Source: Myxococcota bacterium (GTDB lineage Bacteria > Myxococcota_A > UBA9160 > UBA4427). Taken from it: a stretch of 64,000 nucleotides of DNA. Positions 11,699 through 23,465 of this stretch are shown piece after piece (the stretch's first letter is position 1; every line of letters begins with the position of its first letter). The translations under genes and the position numbers were made by a program. The stretch is taken from positions 192,001 to 256,000 of the forward strand of contig JAYZFK010000062.1 of NCBI GenBank assembly GCA_036336835.1, read 5' to 3'. Below the pieces are notes generated by a model, which saw only the letters and a list, made by a program, of their open reading frames with translations, was not told the origin of the DNA and searched no databases.

Positions 11699-12022
11699 AT
11701 GAAGAGCATGAACCGAGGACGCTCGGTGCGGGCAGTGCTGCCCGTACTCGCGGTGGCCCTGCTGGTTGCGCTGGCCCAGCCCGCGTTCGCAGCCGAGCCG
11801 CTTTCCGGCGTCGTCAACGTCAATATCGCCAGTGTCGAGGAGCTCGTGCTGCTCCCCGGCATTGGCGAGAGCCGTGCGAAGGCGATCGTCGCCCTGCGCG
11901 AGAACCGGGGTGGCTTCGACAGCGTCGATGAGCTGGTCGACGTGAAGGGGATCGGCAACGCCATGCTGGCGAAGCTCCGTCCCTATGTGAGCCTCGAGGG
12001 CAGGACGACCGCGGTTCGCTGA
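11699..12022 (+). CDS. comEA: ComEA-family helix-hairpin-helix DNA-binding protein
   Basis: Signal peptide, VNVNIASVEEL, LPGIG and VKGIG HhH motifs. Confidence 0.85.
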   Translation: MKSMNRGRSVRAVLPVLAVALLVALAQPAFAAEPLSGVVNVNIASVEELVLLPGIGESRAKAIVALRENRGGFDSVDELVDVKGIGNAMLAKLRPYVSLEGRTTAVR

Positions 12023-12048
12023 GGGCGTCCCGAGCATCGAGAGTGCAC

Positions 12049-12076
12049 GGGTGTCGGGGCGCACGCCCCGACACCC
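12049..12076. terminator. Perfect GC-rich hairpin between convergent genes (terminator or REP-like element)
   Basis: GGGTGTCGGGGCG-ca-CGCCCCGACACCC; no U-tract on either strand. Confidence 0.5.
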
Positions 12077-12144
12077 CAGCGCTAGCGGTGTCTGGATCGG
12101 AGCAGGCGAGCGCTCTCACCGCTGCAGGTCAGCAGGCCGTGCAG

Positions 12145-13338
12145 TCAGTCGCGCAGCCCACTGCCCATCAGATCGACGAAGTTGTCGGCGTAGAAGCGCT
12201 GGCGCGTGGCTTCGCTGACCTCGCCGAGACTGCGTTCGAATCGCTCGAAGGGGCGCCGCCCGCCCTCGACGTGGGGATAGTCGGTCGAGAACATGCAGAT
12301 CTCGGGCCCGATCTGCTCGGTGATCCAGCCGACATCCTCCGTCGGGTAGGGGGTGACCCGAACCTGGCGCTGGACGTACTCGCCGGGTCGCAGCGACAGC
12401 CGCTCGAGCCGCTCCTCGTGGCGTCCGAAGGCCTCGACCGCCGACTCCATCTGGCGCAGCCAGCTCGGCAGCCAGATGGCTCCCTGTTCGATCACGCCGA
12501 ACCGCAGCGCGGGAAACCGCTCGAGCACGCCGTCGAAGATCAGGGTGGCGAGCGTCTGCATGGGAGGCCCGGGGATCCCCATGTAGTCGACCGAGCGGAA
12601 GTTCTCTTCGCCGCCGTGGAAGTCCGGCGGAATCGGCAGGCCGTTCTGAAAGTAGTTGGGATCGATCAGATCGGGGGTGCCGCCCACGTGGAAGACGATC
12701 GGGATCCGCGCCTCCTGTGCCAGAGCCCAGAGGGGATCGAGGCCGATGTGGCTCGGCGAGTGCCCCGCTGGGCAGCCCGACGCGACCAGCAGCGCGGCCG
12801 CGCCCAGCTCGAGGGATTCTGCCGCGATGGCGCGGGTCCGCTCGAAGTCGGCCAGGGGCACATAGCAGGTGGGAAGCAGCCGCGCGTCCACAGAGCAGAA
12901 CTCCAGCATGCCGCGGTTGTGGGCGCGTGCCACGCCATAGGCGAGGTCGAGGTCGCCGCTGTGCTCCCAGTCGTGCAAGCGCCGGTTGTGGAAGGTGTTG
13001 AAGACGAGCTGACTCGCGACGCCGATCAGGTCGAGGGCGCGCGGTCGGTCCTCCGGAAGGAACGAGCCGGTTGCGGCGAAGTTCTTCCGGTTCATGATCT
13101 CCGATGCTTCGTCGCTGCGATACTCCTCGGAGGCGTGCTTCTCGGTGATCCTCGCGAAGGCGGCGTCGATATCGGCGAGCTGCGTCTCGTTGTCGCCGGT
13201 CTGGCGTAGCTCGTTGACGTAGCCCGGGGGCTCGATGCGGTCGCGGATCGCCGGGTCGGAGTGGTCGCGGAGCCAGGTCGGTGTCTCCAGGATGTGGGCA
13301 TCGGCGTCGTGGACGCGTCGGTCGTCGATGTAGGGCAT
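12145..13338 (-). CDS. Amidohydrolase_2-family metal-dependent hydrolase
   Basis: HDADAH N-terminal motif, IVFHVG, FGVIEQG and FSTDYPHVEG motifs. Confidence 0.85.
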   Translation of the reverse strand: MPYIDDRRVHDADAHILETPTWLRDHSDPAIRDRIEPPGYVNELRQTGDNETQLADIDAAFARITEKHASEEYRSDEASEIMNRKNFAATGSFLPEDRPRALDLIGVASQLVFNTFHNRRLHDWEHSGDLDLAYGVARAHNRGMLEFCSVDARLLPTCYVPLADFERTRAIAAESLELGAAALLVASGCPAGHSPSHIGLDPLWALAQEARIPIVFHVGGTPDLIDPNYFQNGLPIPPDFHGGEENFRSVDYMGIPGPPMQTLATLIFDGVLERFPALRFGVIEQGAIWLPSWLRQMESAVEAFGRHEERLERLSLRPGEYVQRQVRVTPYPTEDVGWITEQIGPEICMFSTDYPHVEGGRRPFERFERSLGEVSEATRQRFYADNFVDLMGSGLRD

Positions 13339-13425
13339 GGCGAAATGGAGGGTAGCGTCGCGGACCTCGGGTGGCGCAGCAGGTGGCGCTGGGCTTCCGA
13401 TGCGTCTCACCTAGACTCCCTCACC

Positions 13426-14316
13426 ATGTTCTCTGGTCTGCTTCGCGCTCTGGCCGTGTGCCTGGGCCTGATGCAAGCGTCGCCGTCGTTCGCGGCCGAT
13501 GGGCCCGCGACGGCTCGTCGTGTGGTTTCACTCAACCCTTCGCTGTCCCAGATCCTGCTCGAGCTCGACGCGCGTGAGGTGCTGGTCGGAGTCGATGCGC
13601 TCTCGAAACGGCTGCGACCCGAGCTCGCGGAGCTGCCGAGCGTGGGAGGGCTGTTCGATCCCAGTCTCGAGGCTGTGGTCGCGCTCGAGCCAGATCTGGT
13701 GGTGCTCGTACCGAGCGTCGAGCAGCGCGACTTTCGCGGGCGGCTCGATGCGCTCGGCGTGCGGACGGTCGGGTTCCGCAACATTCAATTCGAGGAGGTG
13801 CTGGGCAACATCGCAAACCTCGGCGCGCTGGTCGGCCGCACGCCGGACGCCGCACGCCGGATCGCCGCCATCCGGGCGACGCGGGCGGCGGTGGAAGGCG
13901 CCGTAGCGACGCGCGAGCGGGTGCGCTGCGTGGTGGTCCTGCAGCGTGATCCCGTCTTCCTGGCAGGGGGCGAGAGCTTCCTCGACGAGATGCTGACGAG
14001 CGCAGGCTGCGACAACCTCGCGCGCGAGCTTGGCGAAGGCTACCCGCGCGCCGCCCTCGAGTGGCTGGTCGGCACGGCGCCCGATGCGATCCTCGACATG
14101 AGCCTCGATGCGGCCGGAGACGGTGCCATCGACTACTGGGAGCGCTGGCCGACGCTTCCTGCAGTGGCGAACCGGCGCGTGCTGCGCCTCGATGCCGAGC
14201 TGGTGACGATGCCAGGTCCCGCCCTCGATCGCGCGTTGCGCAGCCTCGCGCGCGCCCTCCAGGGTGAGGCGATCGATGCCGCGATCGACGCGAAACTTGC
14301 CGAGGCGGCCAAGTGA
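13426..14316 (+). CDS. ABC transporter substrate-binding protein, BtuF / Fe-siderophore helical-backbone type
   Basis: Signal peptide, RVVSLNPS and PSLEAVVALEPDLV motifs. Confidence 0.85.
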   Translation: MFSGLLRALAVCLGLMQASPSFAADGPATARRVVSLNPSLSQILLELDAREVLVGVDALSKRLRPELAELPSVGGLFDPSLEAVVALEPDLVVLVPSVEQRDFRGRLDALGVRTVGFRNIQFEEVLGNIANLGALVGRTPDAARRIAAIRATRAAVEGAVATRERVRCVVVLQRDPVFLAGGESFLDEMLTSAGCDNLARELGEGYPRAALEWLVGTAPDAILDMSLDAAGDGAIDYWERWPTLPAVANRRVLRLDAELVTMPGPALDRALRSLARALQGEAIDAAIDAKLAEAAK

Positions 14317-15331
14317 AGCGGCTCACGCGCACGCGTTTCGTGGCGACGGTCGCGTCCCTTGTACTGATCGCGATCGCGTCCTCACTGATCGGCCTGCTGA
14401 CGGGCCCCAGTGCACTGTCGCCCGGCGACGTGGTGGGCGCGCTGCTCGACCCCGCCGCGAGCGGTGCGGCGGGAGACATCGTGCTGCGGATCCGTCTGCC
14501 GCGCGTGTTGCTGGCTTTGCTAGTCGGCGCTTCGCTCGCCACGTCGGGCGTTGTATTTCAGGCGCTGCTGCATAACCCCCTCGCCGATCCGTACGTGCTC
14601 GGCATCTCGGGGGGTGCGGCGCTCGCCGGGATCGCAATGCTGTCGCTCGGAGCAGCCGTCGGTTTCGGCGCGGACGCGGTTCCGCCCGCGGCCTTCGCCG
14701 GTAGCGCGCTCGCGACGTTTGCGCTGTACGCGGTTGCGGGAGCGGGGGGTCGCGTCTCGCCCACCAGCTTGTTGCTCACGGGCGTGGTGTTCAACGCGTT
14801 CGCTTCGGCGGCGATCGTGTTCCTCGCGTCGATCGCAGGCCTGGCCGAGGGCGCGCGGATCTTCCTGTGGTTGATCGGCAACCTCAGCGCGGCGGCGTTC
14901 GGCTCCGCGTGGCTGGTCGCCTCGTTCCTGGGCATTGGCTTTGCGGTGGCGCTCGTGCTGGCGCGCAGCCTGAACCTGCTGGCGCTGGGCGACGAGACGG
15001 CCGAGCACCTGGGTGTCGCGACCGAGCGGCACAAGCGCTGGCTGCTCGGGGCGACGGCATTGATGGTCGGAGCCGCGGTGTCGGTCGCCGGCCTGGTGGG
15101 GTTCGTGGGCTTGATCATTCCACATTTGCTGCGGCTAGTGATCGGCGCGGATCATCGGTTGCTGGTGCCGAGCGCCGCGCTCGCCGGCGGCACCTTCCTG
15201 GTGGTGTGCGACACGGTTGCGCGTACGGCGTTGGGTGGGCGGGAGCTTCCGGTTGGGGCGATTACGGCGATCGTCGGCGGGCCGTTGTTCTTGTGGCTGC
15301 TACGCAGCCACCAGCATCGGGTGTTCACACC

Positions 15332-15335
<4 letters not shown>
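14313..15335 (+). CDS. ABC transporter permease, BtuC/FecCD family
   Basis: [30 protein letters not shown] and ELPVGAITA motifs. Confidence 0.92.
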
Positions 15336-18355
<3,020 letters not shown>

Positions 18356-18515
18356 AATTCTGAAATTCGCCTCATGCAGCTGAGGTGCTCGTCCGAAACC
18401 CTTTCTGTAGCCGCGTCCAGGCACGAAAACCGTCGTGAGTACGAGGGTTGAGCACGTCGGACGCAGGTTCCCGATGGGTGGAGCGCACCCGAACGAGGGA
18501 TCAGGGAGGAGGCTC

Positions 18516-19118
18516 ATGGCGAACAAGCAGCGACTCAATGTTCTGGTCGTGGATCAGGACGAGGGGACGGTCATCGACTTGAAGGATCACCTGGCAGGCG
18601 ACGGGTACCGGGTGCAGATCTCGGACCCGGCGAATGCGGGCGAGGAGATCCGGCAGAACCGCTACCAGCTGGTGTTCGTGGACGTCTCTCCCGGCAACCA
18701 GGCCGGTCTCGACGCCCTCGCCGCGGTGCGCAGCATCGACAACGATCTCTGCGTCATCGCGATGACCGGCCTCGCGAGCGTAGAGATGGCCGTTGCGACC
18801 ATGAAGCACCAGGCCTTTCACTACCTGCAGAAGCCGCTCGATGGCGAGGAGCTCAAAGCGGTGATCGACGCCGCGGTCCGCGAGAAGGGCCTGCTGGTCG
18901 ATCTCGAGACGCACCTCAATACCGAGGTCGGCCGCTGCATCCGCCAGCAGCGCAAGGAGCGCTCACTGACGCTCAAGCAGCTCGCCAATCGCACCGGGCT
19001 TTCGGTCAGCTTGATCTCCCAGATCGAGCTGGGCAAGAGCGCGGCGTCGATGTCGACCCTGCACAAGCTCGCCACGGCACTGGGCGTCAGGATGACCAGC
19101 TTCTTCGAGAACGTCTGA
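18516..19118 (+). CDS. Response regulator (REC domain plus XRE-family HTH)
   Basis: VLVVDQD, VFVD phospho-Asp and QKP in the REC domain; C-terminal LTLKQLANRTGLSVSLISQIELG; GGAGG RBS. Confidence 0.88.
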   Translation: MANKQRLNVLVVDQDEGTVIDLKDHLAGDGYRVQISDPANAGEEIRQNRYQLVFVDVSPGNQAGLDALAAVRSIDNDLCVIAMTGLASVEMAVATMKHQAFHYLQKPLDGEELKAVIDAAVREKGLLVDLETHLNTEVGRCIRQQRKERSLTLKQLANRTGLSVSLISQIELGKSAASMSTLHKLATALGVRMTSFFENV

Positions 19119-19191
19119 AGAATTTGAGGCAGACTACTCCCGCTGCGATCGTCGCCATCAGGAGGCAGGCGCGCAGCGGGAGTGCCTCGTT

Positions 19192-20229
19192 CTGACCGAC
19201 GCAACTCCGCAACGCGATCTCGACGTCGTCGGCATCGGCAGCATGGTCGTCGACCGCATGCACCGTGCGGCGTGCCTGCTCGCCGCCGACGGCAAGGACT
19301 TCTTGCGCCCGCTCGACAGCGGTGACTTCGTCGAACGCCACGTGGGCGGTGTCATTCTCAACCACATGGGCTGGGCCGCCGCGATCGGCGTGCGTTGTGG
19401 GATCTTCGGTCGTCAGGGTGGTGACGATGAAGGCCGCTTCCTGCGCGCGGCGATGGACGAACGATGTATCGCGCGCGATATCCTGGTGGTCGACGAGCCG
19501 ACCTCGCTCTCTGAAATCTTCGTCGACGACGCCGGCGAACGCGCGATCTACATGGCGTCGGGCGCCACCAGCGCCACCACCGCCGAGCAGGTTCGCCAGC
19601 GGCACGCTCACTTCATCGCACGCGCACCGGTTCTGACGACCGAGGTGTCGCAGCTGCCGCTGGCTGCCGCGGGAGAGGCGCTGCGCATCGCCCGCGAGTC
19701 CGGCTCGGAGACCTGGGTCGACTTCGATGTTCCGCCCGAGGTGGCGCTGGCATCGCTCGGCGACGCGGGCGAGCTGGACGCGGTGCTGCGCGCCGCCGAC
19801 GTGCTGAAGCCATCGAAGGTCGCGATCGCGGAGCGACTCGGGGCTGCGTCTGGCGACGGCGCCCTCGAGTTGGCGCTTGCAGTGCGAGATCAGCTCGGCA
19901 ATCCCGTCGTGGTGGTGACAGACGGTGAGCGCGGCTGTGCGATCGCGGCGGCGGACTTCGAGGGCTCGGTGCCGGCTCGCAAGGTAGAGCCAGTCGACAC
20001 GACGGGTGCCGGAGACGCCTTTCTCGGCGGACTGCTCGCGGCGCGCACCGCCGGATTGGGCTGGGCGGACGCCGGCGCCTTTGCCAACGCGCTCGGCGCC
20101 GTGTGCGTTGGCCAGCTCGGCGCCTTTCCGCTCGATCCCGAGGCGACACGCGAGGCGGTCTTCGCGCTCTACGACGGACCGACGCGGGCGCTTCGCGCGC
20201 TCGCCGAGCGAGCGAAGACCGCCGGTTGA
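19192..20229 (+). CDS. PfkB-family carbohydrate kinase (probable CTG start)
   Basis: DVVGIGS N-terminal strand, VVTDGERG and DTTGAGDAF signature; first ATG (19243) falls inside the conserved N-terminus. Confidence 0.85.
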   Translation: MTDATPQRDLDVVGIGSMVVDRMHRAACLLAADGKDFLRPLDSGDFVERHVGGVILNHMGWAAAIGVRCGIFGRQGGDDEGRFLRAAMDERCIARDILVVDEPTSLSEIFVDDAGERAIYMASGATSATTAEQVRQRHAHFIARAPVLTTEVSQLPLAAAGEALRIARESGSETWVDFDVPPEVALASLGDAGELDAVLRAADVLKPSKVAIAERLGAASGDGALELALAVRDQLGNPVVVVTDGERGCAIAAADFEGSVPARKVEPVDTTGAGDAFLGGLLAARTAGLGWADAGAFANALGAVCVGQLGAFPLDPEATREAVFALYDGPTRALRALAERAKTAG

Positions 20230-20327
20230 CGGCCCCAGGACCTGGTCCTACCGTGCCGATCGCCCCGGCTCGCAGGCCAGGGCGGCACGCCCATCGCCGG
20301 CTGCGCCGGCCGCGGACGTACCAACGT

Positions 20328-20403
<76 letters not shown>

Positions 20404-20541
20404 CCTATTTCCCTTGAGAACTCGGTCGCTTGCAGTCGGTCGTGCTTTCTGCAGTCAATCGCTGGGGGAGCAGTTCGCCGGTTTCCAGTGCGCGACGAGT
20501 TGCAAGTGCTGCCAGCCGCGCTGCGATGACAGCTGCGTCGC

Positions 20542-21750
20542 CTAGCGAATGGAGATCGTCTCGACGTCGAGCCGAACCGGTCCGAGCATGTATGGCAGCG
20601 GCATCCACTCGTGCTCGAAGCCGGCTGCGAGACGGATCTCGCCCGGAGCGAAGTGGTCGAGCAGGCTGTCGACGGCAGCCCGCGCCTCGAGGCGGGCAAG
20701 GGGAGCGCCCACGCAGAAGTGCTGGCCCAGGCCGAACGACAGGTGGGGAGGTGGGCTCGAGCGGTCGATGCGGAAACAGTCGGGCTCCTCGTAGAGTGCT
20801 TCGTCGCGGTTGGCGGAGGCGATCCCGACGACCACGCGCTGGCCGGCTTCGAGGGGCAGGCCGTCGAGGTCGACTTCGCGTGTGCAGGTGCGGATCAGGT
20901 AGAGCACCGGCGGTTTGTGGCGTAGCGACTCTTCGACCGCGACGGGGACGAGGGATCGGTCCGAGGCCAGCTGGTCATGAAGGCTGGGAGACAAGAGGAT
21001 CTCGTACAGCAGGTTCCCGATCAGGTCGCGCGTAGTGGCCGTCCCGCCTAGCACCAGGTTGAGGAGCACCATGCGGACGTTGGAAACGGTTCGCTCGATG
21101 CCTTCTGTGGGGGCCGCGAGGATCCGGGCGATGGCGTCGTCGTCGGCTCGCGTCTCGTTGAAACGAACCTCGACCAGACCCTCGAGGTACTGCGTGAACT
21201 CTGGGAAGGCGCCCGCATAGCCGACGCCGCGCTCGGTCTCATTGGTGACCGTGAGTGGGCTCAGCATGATCTCTTCTGCCCACTCGGCGAGCTGAACGCA
21301 GTCGTCGGTTGGCATTCCGAGGAGCCAGCCGATCAGGCGGGTGGTGATCGGAAGGCTGTAGTCGGCGATCAGGTCCCCAGATCCGCGGGTGGCGATCTCG
21401 TCCATCAGCTCGGCAGTTGTGGCGGTGACGAACGGGCGCGCTCGCTTCAGGACACCACCGCCCTGCGCGGCCGTCGTGGCGAGCTTGCGGGCGGGCACGT
21501 GCACGGGCGATCCCAGCTCGCCGATGCTGGCGTCGTGGAGCGGGATCTCGAGCCCGGTCGGGCGCATGCCGCCAACGTTCGAGAATACCTGCTCGTCCCG
21601 CAGGACCCTGCGCGCGTCTTCGTAGCGGGCGACATAAACGAAGTCGCCCTGGATGCGCGCGACCGGTGCCTGCTGTCGGAACGCCCGCATCAGGTCCCAC
21701 ATATCGTGGGTCTGCGCGGGATCGAAGACGTCGAAGTCGAGCTCGCTCAC
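20542..21750 (-). CDS. Cytochrome P450
   Basis: EESLR (ExxR), SANRD and FGLGQHFCVG heme motif; I-helix GGTATT; GTGA overlap with the SDR. Confidence 0.93.
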   Translation of the reverse strand: MSELDFDVFDPAQTHDMWDLMRAFRQQAPVARIQGDFVYVARYEDARRVLRDEQVFSNVGGMRPTGLEIPLHDASIGELGSPVHVPARKLATTAAQGGGVLKRARPFVTATTAELMDEIATRGSGDLIADYSLPITTRLIGWLLGMPTDDCVQLAEWAEEIMLSPLTVTNETERGVGYAGAFPEFTQYLEGLVEVRFNETRADDDAIARILAAPTEGIERTVSNVRMVLLNLVLGGTATTRDLIGNLLYEILLSPSLHDQLASDRSLVPVAVEESLRHKPPVLYLIRTCTREVDLDGLPLEAGQRVVVGIASANRDEALYEEPDCFRIDRSSPPPHLSFGLGQHFCVGAPLARLEARAAVDSLLDHFAPGEIRLAAGFEHEWMPLPYMLGPVRLDVETISIR

Positions 21751-22640
21751 GCCGGGGTCTCGTCGGCGACGAGGCCCGGCAGGCAGGCCAGCAGCTGGCC
21801 GACGTCCCACGTCTCGCCCGAGCGGTCGGCGCCCGCGCCCCGTCGCGGTGGTCGGATGACGCTCACACGCGCCCCCCACACCTCGAAGACGTGCCCCGAG
21901 AGGCCGGCCAGCTCGTCGCTGCACAGGGCGATCGCGAGTGGCGCCAGGTTCTCGGGTGGCTGGATGCCGTACTCGGCGACGATATCGTCTTCGGCGCGCT
22001 CGGAGGCCTTCGAGAGCATCGCAATCCAGCTGTCGACCATTCGGGTGCGCGTGGCGTTCGGCGCGATGCAGTTGGAGCGGATGCCTTGCTCGAAGAGCTC
22101 TTTGTGCTGCGTCAGGGTCAGGGCGAAGACGGCCGCCTTCGACGCGGCGTATGCAGCGACCCCCTCGGTTCCCTCCCAGAAGGCGCCGGACGTCGTGTTC
22201 ACGATTGCGCCTCCGCCGCTCTCGCGCAGCGCTGGGATGGCACTCCTCACGCAGTTCAGAGTGCCGCGCGCGTTGACGGCCATGACGCGGTCCCACTGTT
22301 CGGCACGGTGGTCGTCGATGCTCGAGCGGAACTCGATCGCGGCATTGTTCACGATGGCGTCGAGGCCGCCGAACTCTGTGACGGCCGCATCGACCAGGCG
22401 ATCGGTGTCTCGCGGGTCGGAGACGTCGCCGTGGTTCGCGATGGCGGCACCGCCCGCGTCCTGGATCGTGCGCACGACGCTCTCGGCTGGCGACGCGTCG
22501 GCGCCACCTCCCGTCAGGCTCGTGCCAAGATCGTTGACGACGATGCGCGCACCTTCGGCCGCCATCGCGAGCGCGTAGGCGCAACCAATGCCGCGGCCGG
22601 CGCCGGTGATGATGATGGTCTTGCCCGCGAGTCGCGACAC
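21747..22640 (-). CDS. Short-chain dehydrogenase/reductase
   Basis: TGAGRGIG, VVNDLG, NNAA and YAASK motifs. Confidence 0.93.
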   Translation of the reverse strand: MSRLAGKTIIITGAGRGIGCAYALAMAAEGARIVVNDLGTSLTGGGADASPAESVVRTIQDAGGAAIANHGDVSDPRDTDRLVDAAVTEFGGLDAIVNNAAIEFRSSIDDHRAEQWDRVMAVNARGTLNCVRSAIPALRESGGGAIVNTTSGAFWEGTEGVAAYAASKAAVFALTLTQHKELFEQGIRSNCIAPNATRTRMVDSWIAMLSKASERAEDDIVAEYGIQPPENLAPLAIALCSDELAGLSGHVFEVWGARVSVIRPPRRGAGADRSGETWDVGQLLACLPGLVADETPA

Positions 22641-22647
22641 CAGGTTG

Positions 22648-23427
22648 CTAGTCCGAAGATTCGCGCGCGTACTGCTGGGCGCGCTCCATGACGCTGTAGC
22701 CTTCGAGCGCGAGCCCGTGACTCATGCCGTCCTGCATCAGGTTGCGCAGCAGCATGTTGATGGCGACCCGCGTGTAACGAAGCGTCACTGCGCTTCGTTC
22801 GGCCAGCATCGCAGAGAGCTCGCGCGCCCGCGGGAGCAGCTCGGCCTTCGGCAGTACTTCGTTTACGATTCCGAGCTCGAGTGCCTGCTCTGCCGAGAGC
22901 GTCTGCTCGGTCAGTAGGAAGTACTTGCCGCGGTTGAGTCCAAGCAGGATGGGCCACACCAGGTGCGAGCCGTCTCCCGGCACGACGCCGAAGCTGCCGA
23001 AGTGCGCGATGTCCTGGAACTCGGTCGTGTCGGAGGCGAGCACGATGTCGCACAGCACGGGCAGCTCGGCATGAACGCGCGCCGGCCCGTTGATGGCCGA
23101 GATGATGGGCACGTGGATATCGAGGAACGTCTGCATCAGCCGACGTCCCTCCCAGTAGGTGCGGTCCCAGCCGGCGGGTGTGGTGAAGTCCCAGTCCTCG
23201 TCGGCGAGCTCGCCGCAGAAGACATCGCCCGTCCCAGTTAGCAAAACGACCTTGATCTCGGGATCGTTCGAGATGTCGGTGAAGAGGGCCGGCAGCTCGC
23301 GATGGGTCGTCTCGTCGAGGACGAGTGAGCCACCCCGTGTGTGGAGCGCGACCTCGAGCACGCCCGCCGCGTTGCGCGACAACTGTGCGCACTCGTAGTT
23401 CTTCTCGTACTCCGAGAATTGGCTCAT
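22648..23427 (-). CDS. Crotonase-superfamily beta-diketone hydrolase (6-oxocamphor hydrolase-like)
   Basis: LHTRGGSLV, THREL, NGPARVHAE, FQDIAHF, VVPGDGSHLVWP, RGKYFLLT and GLALE match the recalled OCH/CamK pattern. Confidence 0.8.
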   Translation of the reverse strand: MSQFSEYEKNYECAQLSRNAAGVLEVALHTRGGSLVLDETTHRELPALFTDISNDPEIKVVLLTGTGDVFCGELADEDWDFTTPAGWDRTYWEGRRLMQTFLDIHVPIISAINGPARVHAELPVLCDIVLASDTTEFQDIAHFGSFGVVPGDGSHLVWPILLGLNRGKYFLLTEQTLSAEQALELGIVNEVLPKAELLPRARELSAMLAERSAVTLRYTRVAINMLLRNLMQDGMSHGLALEGYSVMERAQQYARESSD

Positions 23428-23465
23428 GGGAAGGCTCCTTCCAACCGGTCGACCAGGCCGTAGGA

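Noticed and set aside
13339..13425. Cobalamin riboswitch before the BtuFCD-like operon
   Set aside because: The gap is only ~87 nt and no B12-box is visible, so the substrate is left unassigned
18419..18433. Sigma54 promoter before the response regulator (AGGCACG...)
   Set aside because: The -12 position reads GT rather than GC
20404..20541. Short repeats (TGCAGTC twice, TCGGTCG twice) after the tRNA as integrase arm sites
   Set aside because: Too short to distinguish from chance, and no matching copies were noticed at the other att end
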